A stretch of DNA of 64,000 nt, from positions 96,001-160,000 of IMG/VR virus record IMGVR_UViG_2061766007_001346. One strand, given 5' to 3'. The notes beneath the pieces were generated by a model, which saw only the letters and a list, made by a program, of their open reading frames with translations, had not been told where the DNA came from and made no database searches. How positions within the stretch are numbered: the stretch's first letter is position 1; every line of letters begins with the position of its first letter. The translations under genes and the position numbers were made by a program. The stretch is from a virus. Lineage: Duplodnaviria; Caudoviricetes. Below are positions 1 to 13,257 of this stretch, piece by piece.

Positions 1-2
1 AA

Positions 3-470
3 CCGCACGTCAGTTGTATTTCCGATGCTACAGGTATTAAATATAATCGTAATAAATATAAGTTAGAAAACTTCTGGGGTACAAATGGTAACACAGGCGT
101 TCTTCCCGATAAAATACTTGTTATGGATGCAAACCACTATGTTTGAGATATGAATAGCTATATTGATCCCGCAGAAGATATTCCAGATTATGTTACACAA
201 GCTGCATATTATTCGTCCGTATACCAAACTGGAGTGGATGACTGATGGAATCTCGTAGACATTAGTACATTCGATGAAAATATGGAACCAGAAAAATACA
301 TTTTCTTTGCGTGAAAGATAAATGATCCACCTCAGGATCTTAGTGAAAATCATGTCGTTTGAAGAACACCAGTCGAGGAATATTATAATTGAAGCAATCG
401 TAGCAACGGCAGTTATATTATAAAAGATAATGATGATTTTTACGTATTTTTCTTCTACGTAGGTGATTAA
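3..470 (+). CDS. Hypothetical protein, 3' part (TGA=Trp)
   Basis: Frame 3 is open from the window start to TAA 468-470 if 5 TGA are read as Trp (...NHYVWDMN...DDWWNLV...); ends at a bidirectional terminator. Confidence 0.75.
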
Positions 471-476
471 AATAGA

Positions 477-510
477 AAACCCCGGCCAAATGGTCGGGGT
501 TTATTGTTTT
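477..510. terminator. Bidirectional intrinsic terminator
   Basis: AAACCCCGGCCA-AA-TGGTCGGGGTTT hairpin with A/T tracts between convergent genes. Confidence 0.8.
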
Positions 511-1757
511 TATGCAGATTGTACCGTTCATCCTGAAGGTACAATGAATTCATTTGTCGGATCTCATACCGCTTCTGGATTTCTTATCAATACTCCGTTC
601 GCAGCAGTACCTGTAAGTCAACCATACATAAATGAACTCGGATGTGGATCTACAGAAATAAACATAGCTTTCACACGATTTATCTTAGAACATCCTTTGA
701 ACATTTGATAATAACAGCTATATGCACCGGTTAAAGCTGTAGCAGGTAGTTCCGGAGACATAACGAGATTCGTACATCCTTCGAACATACTGAGATAACA
801 GCTTGATATAACGGTCGGAGCAAATTTAACGTTTACATCTTCTAAATTAGAACATCCGTAGAACATTTTATTGCAACAGGTATCTCCTGGAATTTCAATA
901 GTAAACTTAGGTCCGTGGACAAGATTTGTACACCCTTGAAACATATTGATATAACAATACTTCGATAATGTCGTAGCTGGCAGTTCAAAAGAAGCATCCA
1001 CTAGATTAGGGCACTGATAAAACATGCTATTATAACAACTTTGTGGTAGTACCGTGGCCGGAAGAACCAGATTACTTACATCTACAACACTCTCGCTATT
1101 ATAAAACATGCTGTTGAAAGCGCCTGCTCCAAGTTCTGAACCATCTGCATTTTCGAAATCTTCTCCAGCAATAAGTGACATGATGTTACCTTTAAGATTA
1201 AATCGAATTCCGGTACGACGCTCATCATGTAAAAACGTAAATCCGTTACCCTGCGCATAACTACTGCCAGTTCCTCTGAACTGTACGACGTCTCCATCTT
1301 CAACGACAAAAGTACTATAGTCGAATTCCGATGTCCACTCACCACCGTTTATTGAATATTCCACAGGATTTCCTTTTGTTATACATCATACACGTCCACC
1401 TACAATAAATTCTGCAGTAAATGGCATTTTTGCATAAGGATTCTCTTCTTCCTCTTCTCCATCTACATCTTTAAGTGTCCAATATTTTTTCCATGAGTCA
1501 CCAAACCATTTGTATATACCGTCTTTTCTGTTCCATAAATAATTTCTTGGTGGTACAGAGTTAAGATCTCCCCACAATATCTGTTTTGGATCTGCGGATT
1601 CACCTAAAGATTCTTCGATACCTTCTACTTTTTCAGAAACTTTCGTTTTCTTTCAGCCATTGGTATAGGTATATATACCGTCTTCTTTCAGCCACAGATA
1701 GTTTTTCGGAGGTATGCTATTTAAGTCAATTCATAATATTTGTTTAGGATTATTCAT
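510..1757 (-). CDS. BspA-like leucine-rich-repeat virion/surface protein (TGA=Trp)
   Basis: ORFs 1386-1577 and 618-1364 join in frame through TGA; LPATxLxxxCYxxMFxGCxNL repeats; C-terminus IVPSG[TGA]TVQSA matches the typical PSGWTV ending. Confidence 0.85.
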
Positions 1758-1775
1758 AATATAATTAAAGTCTTA

Positions 1776-2822
1776 TTACATAGATTTTATCGGGGTGGGG
1801 TCGTCTGCAGCACTTATGGTTCATGGCCAAACAACCGAAGAAGTATGTTTACATGGTCTAACAGTACATGCGCCATTTGTATATCCTAAATTTATACCAA
1901 TCTCAGGTTCACCTTGTTCAACTCTAAGCTGTACATAATATACATATTGTCCATCTTCTGTAGCCGTATGAAGTCTTGTACCATTGCTTCTAAATTCGTC
2001 GCCAGTTGCTCCAGTTGGTTCATAATATCCTAATAATGGTATGAAGATGGAATTTGAATTAACTTTGGATGTAAATAATATACCCTCCACGTTGTCTATT
2101 GTTTCAACGGTTTGTATCGTTCCACTAATCAGTTCTTCGAAATCATTCTTTTGTGGAGCCCCAAACATCTCCGCGTATAGCACATCTGGATTTGGCCATA
2201 ATGCATTTGCTCCAGTTGTAGAATACTCGTTTATAGGGTTGCATATACCAAAATAGAAAAATGGGCCACTGGCTGTAGAAACCTTCGCACCAACATTCAT
2301 ATCTGCCCATAAATTACCTGATGGTAGTCCCAAGTCAACTCAACCAACAGAAGTGTCGTACGGACCTATCATTTGTGAGAGCAGAATTAATTCTTTATTC
2401 TTAAGATATATAATATATGGTGTGTTTGTATCTGCATCGTAAGCTCAGGTCATATATTCAGCGGTGTCTTTATCTCCTAAAGTAACAACATTTTCTTCCC
2501 CCGGTTCGTAACTAGTTTGGTCAACCGGATAAACATCGTCCGAAGTAAATGTATGATTGAAAGAGTTTTCTATAAGTCTCTTGGCTTCCATTAGGAAATC
2601 GTAATCGATACCTACTTCCTTACCTTCCGCGCCTTCATTGTCGTTATTTCCTTCGCCACTATTTTCTTCGTTATTAGTATTACCTGATACAGCTCCAGAT
2701 TCAACTCAGGCCTTTTCTATATAACTATACTCATACATCTTACCATCCGATTTTACCCAGATGTAATTTTTCGGTGGTTCGTTATTATCTTCCCAGATGA
2801 TTGTTTTCTTTTTAAATTCCAT
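1776..2822 (-). CDS. Virion-associated protein with VDLGLPSGxLWAxxNVGA Bacteroidota domain (TGA=Trp)
   Basis: ATG 2822 is in frame with ORF 1821-2333 through TGA codons and ends at TAA 1776; shares an N-terminal IIWxDxNxPPKNYIW module with 510-1757. Confidence 0.75.
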
Positions 2823-2834
2823 ATATAGTTCTTA

Positions 2835-4106
2835 TTAAATCGTTTTGCCGTCTGGGCCAATGTGCAAATGAGCACCCGTAGCTCCAGTTCGTCTTTGCAT
2901 CTCTTTACTTCTTTCATCGAGTATGCCTCATCTATGTTCCCTCAGATAAGCACATACTCTTGGACTACCATATATCTTGGAAAGCAGTTCATCCCATGAC
3001 TGTCCTGCCAATGGCGTGATATCCATTGCATTACCGTGCGCATGGTGAGAAACCTTACCGGTACTTGTTCTCGCACCAGGTCTAGACACAGAAGTGATTC
3101 TGAACGAAATTCCTTCTTCGGCCATAAGATCGATAAGTTCCTTCATATTACCTAAGTCCATGTTTTGCTGTTTAAGTTCAACAGCGCCTCTATCTTTTTG
3201 TTCAGGAACTGTATAATGTCAATTTCTACTAAAATCGTCAACATCCCACGCTGATACGGATTCGACAGGAAAAGAATCCATCTTTTCAAATACCAACGGT
3301 GGAGTTTCATCGGGAAGTTCCGTTGATGGTGATGTACTTGCATCAAACATGTTATAAACTAAACTTCCTCCATTTGCATAAAATCCTTTATATACTAAGA
3401 ATTTCGAAACATGATTTTCTGGATAAGAATAATGTAACATTTCTTCTAAATTTTTAGGGTCTTGCTGTCATTTCACTTCTTCTCCCCAACTTGGATGATA
3501 TACACTCTTAAGCCCATGCCAGTCTCCTTTTTCGTCCGTATATCCACTCGGCAGATGATTTTTTTCAGGATCTTGTCTTCAAGCATCGATCAATTCCGGA
3601 GGAAGTTCCCTTATAGCAGCTTTCGTATCATATTCCGGATCTTCTGGGATTGGAACCATTCCCAACTTGGCATATTCCAAACGCTTCTGAATTTCAGAGT
3701 CCACGTTCGCCGGACGTGCGAACCTACGAGTAAAGATTTCTACAGCTCTTTCTAAGGAATCAGCCTGTTTGAAAGCGTCTGAATTCGCAACTTGGTCCCG
3801 CCAAGTACGACCGCTCCAGCCCTTCTTTTCCAGTTCGTTCAATAATACCGCTGTTTGTCTTTTGAGTTCGGCGTTTCTATCATTGCTTCCAATCCTATAT
3901 CTATCCGAATCTCATTGAATTAGGCCGTGCCATAATCCGTTTGAACTGATAGCGAGTGGATTTCCACTAGATTCACGTTGTATGTTTCCTAAGATCGCGG
4001 CCCTTTGATATACACCATATCCAGCTTTTTGTAATTCCGAATTTATGTATTCGAATACCTTGGTAGCTTTAGGATTTATTTTTGTGTAATCAAGTTCGTC
4101 TCACAT
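2835..4106 (-). CDS. Phage tail-lysozyme-like domain + peptidase M15-like domain fusion (TGA=Trp)
   Basis: One 423-aa frame; AAILGNIQRES...GLIQ[TGA] lysozyme motif; SHHAHGNAMD...HLHI zinc-peptidase motifs; the HLHI motif lies beyond a TGA. Confidence 0.85.
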
Positions 4107-4107
4107 T

Positions 4108-5364
4108 TTACTTATTTCTAATTAATTCGTATACTCAATTGGGGATAATGACTCCACCATTCTCATGTTTCCATTTTCTTGCATTGGCGGCAAAAGTTGC
4201 TCTCTTGCGTATTGCTGGATTGGAAGAATTCTTACCACGAGCAATGCATTCGGAAGTGACTTTTCCACCACAATAATCTGTAAATTTACCACGGTTCTCC
4301 TTCTTGATGTGAATTCCGGATTTAGCAGACAGAACACCACCCGCCTTCTTAATCAGACTTGCCGCATTTTCCAATCCTTCGCTCAACATTTGGATATTGG
4401 CGGAACCGGCGGTCCATTTGCCTAACTGGGAACCTTTAGAAGCCTCCCAGTAATTATTTGCAGCTTTCAACGGCTTTTCTAACTGTAGTACGGTAGAGTG
4501 CGGACCAAACTGTTTATCTGCAGCTTCCATTCAGTCGACAAGGGGTTCTCCCATAAACATCTTCTGCTCACCACCTTGATACACAGTCTTGGAAATATGT
4601 GTTTGAGGATCCACTATCGTTACAGGTACACCTCTTGTATATCCTGTTCTATATGGAACCATTCCGGGACCCAAAGCGGGCGGTGCGGATGCGGCAGGAT
4701 TTGTTTCTATGGCTTTCATCATAGCCTTTCTATGTCTGGCTGTAGTATTAATTCCCCGTTCATTAGCCAATCTTTGCAGGTATCTGGCCAAATAGATCTG
4801 GTTGGTTTTTACATCCGCTGCTTTCTGTGCTTGCTGTTTGGCCGATAAACTAACTGGTTCTCCGCTTTTTATATAATACGGTTTAAATTCTGTATGCTCT
4901 GGAACCACAACATCTTGTGTGAAAGTCTTAACCGCTGTTGGTGGTTCTTCAGTCGTCGCTTTAACTCTGGGTCTTTTTCCCTGCCTTACATTTTTGGAAG
5001 CGTCGACAGGTTTATTGATGCCTTCCGCAAATTCCATTCGCTTTTTTAAATCCCCTAATTCTCCAAAGGTTTTAATTTTCTTAAATCCGGGAGCAAATGC
5101 TTCTAACGCACTTTCTCCATTTTGCAGACCGGAAACCACATTCTTATATACATAGGGAGCCATCGCCTTGGTTAGTATACCGCCGGGCTGTGCGGCACCA
5201 AAAGCCAGATAATAGCCAGGATGTTCATCTACTAAGGGGTCACCTTGTGGCTTCCCTGCATATGCTTGTGCCGCTTTATTTTGGTCCAAAATTTCTCTAG
5301 CTACTTCATTACCGATTTGTTCTTGTGATTTCTCTCCAAGAAGACGTTTTAATCATTCCGGCAT
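4108..5364 (-). CDS. Hypothetical virion protein (TGA=Trp)
   Basis: ORFs 4531-5289 and 4135-4530 abut through one TGA; ATG 5364, TAA 4108; C-terminal IHIKKENRGKFT...RKRATFAANARKWKH motif. Confidence 0.75.
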
Positions 5365-5365
5365 A

Positions 5366-5569
5366 TTACTTTACAATTTTTAGTTTAACATTTCCATTTT
5401 CTAAACGCACGTATTTACCACCCTCGTTCTGAAGTTTTAATCAACGATTCTTGGGAGAGTCTTCTTCCGGCGCAACATCTAATATTTCTATAGTTTTGGG
5501 CCACTTGATAGCCATGATGCTGATTATCAGGCACAAAACGACAATAATTCCAATTAAAAAATATTTCAT
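5366..5569 (-). CDS. Small N-terminally anchored membrane protein (TGA=Trp)
   Basis: MKYFLIGIIVVLCLIISIMAIK..., one internal TGA, stop just before the next ATG. Confidence 0.6.
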
Positions 5570-5603
5570 GTTATTAGTTTTAAATTTAAATTTTATATCG
5601 CCG

Positions 5604-5651
5604 CGAATATACAAAAAAATTTTGAGATATGCAAAATATTTTCTATATTTG
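5604..5651. promoter_or_regulatory. Overlapping divergent Bacteroidota-type sigma70 promoters
   Basis: + strand TTTG (5621)-N19-TATATTTG (5644); - strand TTTG (5635-5632)...TATATTCG (5611-5604). Confidence 0.65.
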
Positions 5652-5752
5652 CAAGAAATTATGTGGATATCATAACGACATAAACTAAGAAAGAAGAGTT
5701 CCAGAGGATTATAATAAGCGTCTGGATTAAATTAATTAAATAATGTTAAATA

Positions 5753-7030
5753 ATGGGAAAATACAAAGTAAGAAAAGGCGATTCCTGGATAAGCATTGCT
5801 AACAATAACGGCCTCAATCTTAATGACCTGTTATACTGGAACGGAATCGACCCTATGTCCAGAGAACAATTGCCAATGATAAATCCTGGCGCAGAGTTAT
5901 ACATATCAGATCCATACAGATTGCAACCGTCAATGGTTACTGCACAGGCACCTCAGGACTATACAGAGTTCGGAGAGACTGGACAGGATTTGATTAATAA
6001 GTATGCATTGGCTGTAAGACAAGGTAAGTTAAAGTTTGATCAGGTACCGAAGGTATATAAGACCGCTGTGTATCAGAAGATGATTACAAATACTACTGAC
6101 AAAGCCGCACACACTATCTTTAATGCGGGCCTCAACACAGGTTTGGCCATGACAGATCCTATAGGCTACGGTCTCGCTCTTGCTTCGCAAAAAGGCGCGG
6201 CATATGTAAATGATGCTGCATCTGGAAGACATGAATATGGAATTGGAGATTTGTTAGATTATACACCTGTAATGGGTACACGATATGCGCAGGAGAACCC
6301 TGGAAAATCTATAATGATTGACGCTGGTACAGGACTCGCTGGTGGTGCTGCATTAAGAAATCTTCCGAACTGGATACGGTATGTGGCTCAGAATGGACGC
6401 GGAATGATGCAGAATGCCTTACGTACCACTGGTATGCAAAGACAGGTACAAATGCAGCCCGGTAATCAAACTTTCGGTACTGTGTATACATCTGGTGGAA
6501 AAGGTGTTGGTAAAACTGGCACAGTTCGTGCAGGACATGTTGGCGGATACCAACCGAACGCTAGCGCTAAAGGTACGTTTGGTAACCAGTCTTCTGGAAA
6601 TGCGACCAGATGGATTGCGCCGGATAAGAATATTCCTGCCGTACCGGTCAATCCCGTACCATTCCGTCCTGTTATGTCTCCGGTCTTCGTACCGCCACCA
6701 GTCGAATCGCCTGTGCGCGTTCCTACTCCGGAAAAACATATCTACGAACAGCAATCGTTCAACAGATGGCAGATGCCTAATCCTACAGGTGTTGTCGGAC
6801 CATATCAACCCGGAACTGGTATATTTAGCATAAGCGGGCACGCTCCTGTCGGAAATACCGTCGATCAGCAAGCCCTTACAAGAGAAAGCCTGAAATTCTA
6901 TCCCAATGACTATGCTCCGAGAATTGCAACATTCGTTCCAGAAAAGATTTCTGGTACACCATCCAATGTGTTCAGCGGACTTGGTATATTATATGGTGGT
7001 GAGAATCCTGGTAGTTTAATTGTAAAATAA
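5753..7030 (+). CDS. LysM-domain protein
   Basis: N-terminal YKVRKGDSWISIANNNGLNLNDLLYWNG...INPGAELYI. Confidence 0.85.
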   Translation: MGKYKVRKGDSWISIANNNGLNLNDLLYWNGIDPMSREQLPMINPGAELYISDPYRLQPSMVTAQAPQDYTEFGETGQDLINKYALAVRQGKLKFDQVPKVYKTAVYQKMITNTTDKAAHTIFNAGLNTGLAMTDPIGYGLALASQKGAAYVNDAASGRHEYGIGDLLDYTPVMGTRYAQENPGKSIMIDAGTGLAGGAALRNLPNWIRYVAQNGRGMMQNALRTTGMQRQVQMQPGNQTFGTVYTSGGKGVGKTGTVRAGHVGGYQPNASAKGTFGNQSSGNATRWIAPDKNIPAVPVNPVPFRPVMSPVFVPPPVESPVRVPTPEKHIYEQQSFNRWQMPNPTGVVGPYQPGTGIFSISGHAPVGNTVDQQALTRESLKFYPNDYAPRIATFVPEKISGTPSNVFSGLGILYGGENPGSLIVK

Positions 7031-7031
7031 C

Positions 7032-9269
7032 ATGAAATACAAGTTTAAGGACGGCGGTGTCGTAAAATTGCAAAATGCGTGAACAACAATGCCCAATCCT
7101 GAAGATTCGATACGTCGTGCATGGGAAACACAGGCCCAAAGAGAAAGAGAGGCAGCCTTCACGGACTCTTTGGGCTATATTACCCAAGGCGATGGTAAGA
7201 AACGAAACGCTCTGACATGATGAGCACAGGACACTGCCAAAGGACAGGAAGCCGTACGTGCATTAAACACACTTAAATGAGCTGCCGACAAAGGTCTTAT
7301 GCTTGCCGGTGGAAACTGACTCCTAAAAGGCCTGAAGGCAAAGAAATATCTGACTACCGCTGGAGAACTTGTCGGTGGTGCTGTAGGTGCGGAAGGACTG
7401 AATCAGGCTGGAAAATGAGTAGATAATAAATTGGGAACATCCAATCCGTTCCTGGATTTCCAGAAACTAGGAACGTTGTCCGGAGTAATACTTGGTGCTT
7501 CTGGAGCAAAGAAAAGTTTGCAGTGAGCTGCCGGAAAGGGAGTCAATCTTCCCGCCAGCAATATGGAATTCAATAACTTAAGGACACAATATCTTAATAA
7601 TACTGCAGGAAGGGCAAAAATCCAGACTCCTAACAAGGGCTGGGAGAACTATTCCAACTATGATGTTTATGAGAACGCGTTCAAAAACAAACCGTCAGTC
7701 GATTTATCGGAACCGATAACAATGGATGAAGCTAAAGCTTCTGCAAGTCGGTGATTAGGTGATAGAATTCAACTTGGTGATCCAGAGATACTCAAGGATT
7801 TACAAATAGCTCCGAGCAGTACTCCAGAAACAGGATATATTGACTTCTACGATACATCGAAGCCTATAAACAAGTCGTTACGTAAGACGTTCTATGCCGC
7901 TCCTGATGGACAAGGTTATAGTTACGGCAGACCTGTAATACAAGGCGTTATGCACAGAACAGTCGATGGTACCGAATATCTGGAATATCCAAGAAACAGC
8001 AATATCAGATACTATCTCGGTAAGTTCAAAACCGAAGGAAAAGATCCTACCTTAGTACACATAGGCCCGCCAAATATGGATGGTACTGTAATGAAGCCTC
8101 GTCCGGATCCGTTACGCCGTGTCGATCAAGATTTTCTATGATGGCAGAGAAACAATCCGTTCTGGTCGAAAGGTGAAATTACCACTCGAATAAACGATGT
8201 GGTCCCGTCCAAATCAGCAATCGGAAACGTCAATTCAGACTATCCAACTCGATTGACAGGTGCAGTGGACTTAGCAGATCCGAAGCTAAATACCGTACAG
8301 ATGCAATACAATCCACTAACCAAAACGTTTGGTTGGATGAAGTATGTGGTTCCCAAGGAATTCGAACCTACACCACAAGAAGCGGCGACAACATATCACT
8401 GAGATCCGCGGGCGAAAGTAATGAGCAGACCGATAAGCGATGCTGAATTAGCCGGAACACCTAGAGGTGAGAGAAATCAACCGGCACCAAGACATCACAT
8501 TCCGATATCGTTAATCAATAGGTCGAATTCATACTTGCCGATTGAAGGCGACAGTTTCGCTCTCGAATCACCAGAAGTATCGAAACGTCTTGCTTCGGTT
8601 CACTTTACCATAAACGAACCTGTAACTGGAAACAGCGGCGGTAGTTGAGATTCAGCATCCACCACCCTCTTATTCCCGTATGGGAATCTTCGAAAAGTTG
8701 CCGCACCGATAAATCTGGAACCAATGGATACGTTCTTCCCGAACTATAATGGTTTGCGTTTCAGTACGAAGGGCGCAAAAGTCTTTACTGGAGATAGAGC
8801 GGTACACGATTATTACACACAGCACGGTGTAGATTCGAAGTTCTCGGAGGAACTGGAAGCGTTGCTTAGAGAATATAACGCGAAGAATGGTGTTGCTGAT
8901 AAATATCTTGCCGAACACGATTGGCTTCCGGATGAAGAATACTATAAATTACATAAGGCTGAAACAGATGTGTCTGATAAAATTCAGCAAATGCATTTCG
9001 ATTTTGTAGACCAGAATGCGGAACGTCCGTCTCTTGAAGATGTTCATAGATTAGAACAGATTGAAGGATTAAAAACCGGTGCGGATCCGGTTAGGTATGA
9101 TGGTATGGCTACAGACTTACAAAGAAGACTGGGATATACATGATTCAGTGCCCCATCTACACACTGGGCGTTAACTATGTACGAACCCGGAGAAGATCTT
9201 TCAAAGTTGCCGAAAGGAATGCAAGATTTCGTGAGATGAATATGGGCGCACAAAGCCGACTATAGATAA
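7032..9269 (+). CDS. Large hypothetical (virion cargo-like) protein, 745 aa (TGA=Trp)
   Basis: ORF fragments 7563, 7950, 8199, 8421 and 8724 all share one frame, separated by TGA; ATG 7032 to TAA 9267. Confidence 0.8.
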
Positions 9270-9270
9270 T

Positions 9271-9309
9271 AAAAAATCCCGAGCAGCAATGCCCGGGATT
9301 TTTTGTTTT
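9271..9309. terminator. Bidirectional intrinsic terminator
   Basis: AAAAATCCCGAGCA-GCAA-TGCCCGGGATTTTT between convergent genes. Confidence 0.8.
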
Positions 9310-12300
9310 ATTTATGTAATGGGTTCTTAAATCTACCGCCATTTCTGATCATATCGGGTGTAACCGTCCTACTAAAATTAGAGGCCACATCATTAAATAG
9401 ATGTAATAGAAAATCATCCGTATATCTGTCCAAAAACATTACTTTCAGACTATCTTTATCTTTAACAGTTCTTCGCATTACATCAAGGTCGTCCTTAGAA
9501 TACTTATATTGCGGAGATTTTCCGAATTGTTTTAATATCTCATTTCTCCTCGAATAAATTTCGGTGGGATGATCCCAATAATCGGCACGGTCCGTTGGGA
9601 AAGCATTCTTCGACAGATAGTCTCCATTTTTCATAAAGTCACGTATCTGCACTTCCTGTGGCGCACCACCGAGAGCGTGACTTTGTTCGTGAAGGATAGT
9701 GCCCGGATGTCAGTTACCTTTATATATTTTAATTTCAGGATTGTCTCTATATCTAGGAGGGCGTTGTATGTCTGTTCTGCCGTTTGGAGCGATATAGGAT
9801 AAACCAGACCATCAATTCAATTGATCCTCCGATTCAACATGTCTTACATTTCCAGTAGAACCGGATCTGAATGAACTATATCCAGTATCTTTATAGCTTG
9901 TTCTGTATAATTGGGATAGTTGTCTGGACAATTCCTCGTTTAAACTGGGATAATAGGTACTATATACATAACCCGTAGGATCCGTTTCCGTCGTGAGATG
10001 AGTATTTAGATTCTGAATGTTTTTATCGAGCAAACCCTTTCTGTTAATCAATCAATGAGTTAGCCAATCCTCACCTTCTTTAATCATGTTCTGTTTTCTA
10101 ACGGAAAGGCCTTCCTGTCCTTTTAGGATTCCGCCTCGCTTTTCCTTAGAAATCGTAGCTGTACCTAGTCCTATAGGAGCTGCGGCACCAACATATTTCA
10201 TAGCTTCTCTAAACGATTTTATTCTTTCGGGAGTTAACAAATTCTTGTTTCTTAAAGATTCTACAAATCTCTTTCCATATCCACTTGCGTTCTCAATCGA
10301 TTCCACTATTTTCTCATCAGGTACCTTATCTATAATCTTATCTTGTAGATCAATGGAAATCTTTTTACTTTTATAATTCCCCAATAATTTTTCTCTTGCA
10401 TCAGCATTAAGTGTTACCATTTCTCCTCCAAGGTCACTCATGTCTTTAAACACATCATATTCGTTGCGTAAATTTAAGAAATCGTTTCCATACGCATCTA
10501 TGAGAAATCCCTTTTCTTTATCAGTTAATGGTAAATGTTGATCTACAAGATGTCTCAGTTCATGCGGAATAACATCTTCTGGATTTTCAGAGCCCTTAAT
10601 GGCAACATAGTCTTTACCCGTAGCCGCGTTCTTATCATAAAATCCAATTATTTTACTATTTAATCCTGCAGCATCGAACGTCTTATTAGGGAACGTGTTA
10701 TATGTTATGTCAATCAAATCATTAAATTCGGAGTCCGAAATATTTCTTCCGTTTCTGCGTAATCTTGGAAGAGTTGTGTTCAACAGTAGTTGTTTTGAAT
10801 TATCGCTTACTGGGAATGTTGTCCCAAGGTAATCTTCGGATACTGGCAATGCCGGTTCTTTTCCCAACAGAACGTCCATATAACTATTCTTCATTAGCTT
10901 TTTTCAAGTGGCCAAATCATTGAGCGATACATAATGTCCTTTGAATAAATCGTCTTTATACGGATTTCCGTAAACGGAGAACTTGATGCCCGGCTCATTA
11001 TACTGAAAATGTCCCCCAACGAAATCTTTGAACTTTTCCACATCGGGTTTACTTCCCAGGATTTGGATTCGCTCTGGATTTACATCGGGAACAACCAGTA
11101 CATCCGAACCAAATTCATTATCGGCGTTATTGTGTAACAGTACATCAGCTCCCTTCTTTTTCATTAAATCTCATATACCTCTTTCGGAATAATACGTGTT
11201 CCCACCATTGATTTTAAGAGGTTTAGAAGCATCTACTTTTACATGATACAATCCGTTATATTTTCCGGAATTGTATATATCAGAGAATATCTTCCTGTTC
11301 CTGTTGACAAAGTCATTGAATGTTTCCCCTTCCCGTACACCAAGCTGTTTCAAGAAATCTGCATTTGATTTATCTCCAGCTCCAAATTCAGCCTTATATT
11401 CGGATAACCATTTGCCGTTGGTCCCGCCAGTATCTCTTGTGAACTTTCCAGCTCTGTTCGGAATCTTTTCCCGCAATGTCGCAGAAGTAATTGGTTGAGT
11501 TTTCCAGGCGTCCGATGTATATGGTTTACCAAGGATTTCTTTCAGCGGTCAATACACTCGTTTATTCCAATGTCCAAAAGGAATTCCGATTCCGTCAACA
11601 TATTGCAGCGACGTTTCTGGCTGTAGATTGAAATACATATCGTTACGTCCTAGTGTTTCCGGAGCACCTGTGTTTATTTGTTTTGTTGATTTGGACAAAC
11701 CTTCCGACAAATCGGAATTCGTACCATGTGCATATGGTATCTGTACCTTAGACGCAGGAAAAACAGTATCATAATACTGTCTATACATCTGTTTCGATCC
11801 AATCTTTCTAAGTTCAGGATTTTCCATGAACAGATGATCTATTGTACGGTCAATGTACTTATTGTCAGCGGGTTTCGGAGCTTTATTATACACTTTATTA
11901 AAGTACTGCCCTCTCAAATCGGAAAACGTTTCTTTTGGTATTCCCATTGTAATACCATTTCCGGCGGCAGATCTTAACAGGGGATTTACAGCACCAGAGC
12001 CTAGTACATAACCACCAAGTCCTCCGGCGATACGCATCGTCGGACCGACAAAATTACTGGCAAGCTTACTATCTACTCAATCTCCGGCTTTACCCAGAGC
12101 ATTGGACGCAACATTACTGGCGGCCAAGCCACCAGCAATCCTGGCAGCGCCGCCTAACGCACCATATGTCGTGAATTCGGGAGCAAATAATACCGCCAGT
12201 TCTGGATGTTCCGTCTGGAGCGGTAAATCTTTATTGAATTTTCCACTGGCACGACCATCGGATTTGGAGGCTGCTTCGGCAAGTATCTCGTGCAATATCT

Positions 12301-12463
12301 CCTCCGATTGTTTATCATTCTTGAATTTTATACGTCTCTGGCCAGTATCGATAGGGAAAATCTTGACTGATGTATTGTCTCTCTGCGTTTGGACAGGCTC
12401 CACTTCGGGTACCTTGCCCGCCCGTTGCAGTTTTATTATCTTGTTGTCAGTTTTATAGTTCAT
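9308..12463 (-). CDS. Large multidomain protein with two HExxH zincin-like motifs, 1051 aa (TGA=Trp)
   Basis: Seven listed ORF fragments share one frame; HELRH and HEQSH motifs. Confidence 0.8.
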
Positions 12464-12485
12464 ATCAAGGTATTTATAGTTCGCG

Positions 12486-12517
12486 CAAATATAGTGAAAA
12501 AAATTGACAAAAACAAA
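12486..12517 (-). promoter_or_regulatory. Bacteroidota-type promoter for 9308-12463
   Basis: TTTG-N20-TATATTTG on the minus strand. Confidence 0.6.
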
Positions 12518-12525
12518 ATAATTAT

Positions 12526-13257
12526 CTAAAATTCATACTCTTTTTCAAAATTTACATCCTTGGAAACCTTCAATAATTCATTCTCCTTCTTTAAGTTCTT
12601 ATTCTCCCGAAGAGCCATTTCCAACATGCGTTCCAGATTGGTGATTCTGTCCTCATGATTATCAACCCTTTTATTAATGTAAAGAATGGCCTGTCCAATC
12701 TTATGCATATCAACCGCCTTGGCAGGAATGTTGAAACCAGCGTCATCCGTCAAGGAAGTGGCTATCTCAGTCATAATCTCCTTCTCCTGCAGAGACTTAT
12801 TATAGTTCTGAACGGTTCTTAACGGGATGTTCAGATTGTTTGCAATCTCCTGATTGGAGTATGTGGTAACTGCGTAATCCTCGCTTTTAAAAGATTGCGA
12901 GTGCAGGCCTATTAAATAGGCCTTTTCTTCGGGAGTTATCTTCTTATTATCAAGGAATTCCGGAGTAAACCGTTCGAAATTCTTGAGCAATTCCTTGAAA
13001 CGATACATGTCTGACTGGCCTTTCCTCTTAATGATCTCAATCAAACCCTCTTTATGTAATCTCTTAATACTCGTCCTAATCGTGGGGACAGAACAATCAC
13101 ATGCCGTGGCAACTGTGTTCAGCGATGGTCAGCAGCATTTAGTGTCCTTATTCATATACCTTCTAATGTTAGCATATACCAGATAGTCAATCGGTTTCAA
13201 TGTCTTTCTTTCTTTTACAGGATCTGGTACCTGTATGTGTTGTTGAGAATGTTCCAT
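12526..13257 (-). CDS. Tandem winged-HTH protein, putative replication initiator (TGA=Trp)
   Basis: CC[TGA]PSLNTVATACDCSVPTIRTSIKRL matches the HTH_36-type xWPS motif; second HTH (YSNQEIANNLNIPLRTV); C-terminal coiled coil; TATCTTTG promoter at 13291-13298. Confidence 0.75.

Noticed and set aside
618-2333. Diversity-generating retroelement targets
   Set aside because: No reverse transcriptase and no template/variable repeat pair seen in the window
1-13257. Many short ORFs suggesting pseudogenes or frameshifts
   Set aside because: Fragments stay in one frame and are separated by TGA, often at conserved Trp positions; they are intact genes under code 4
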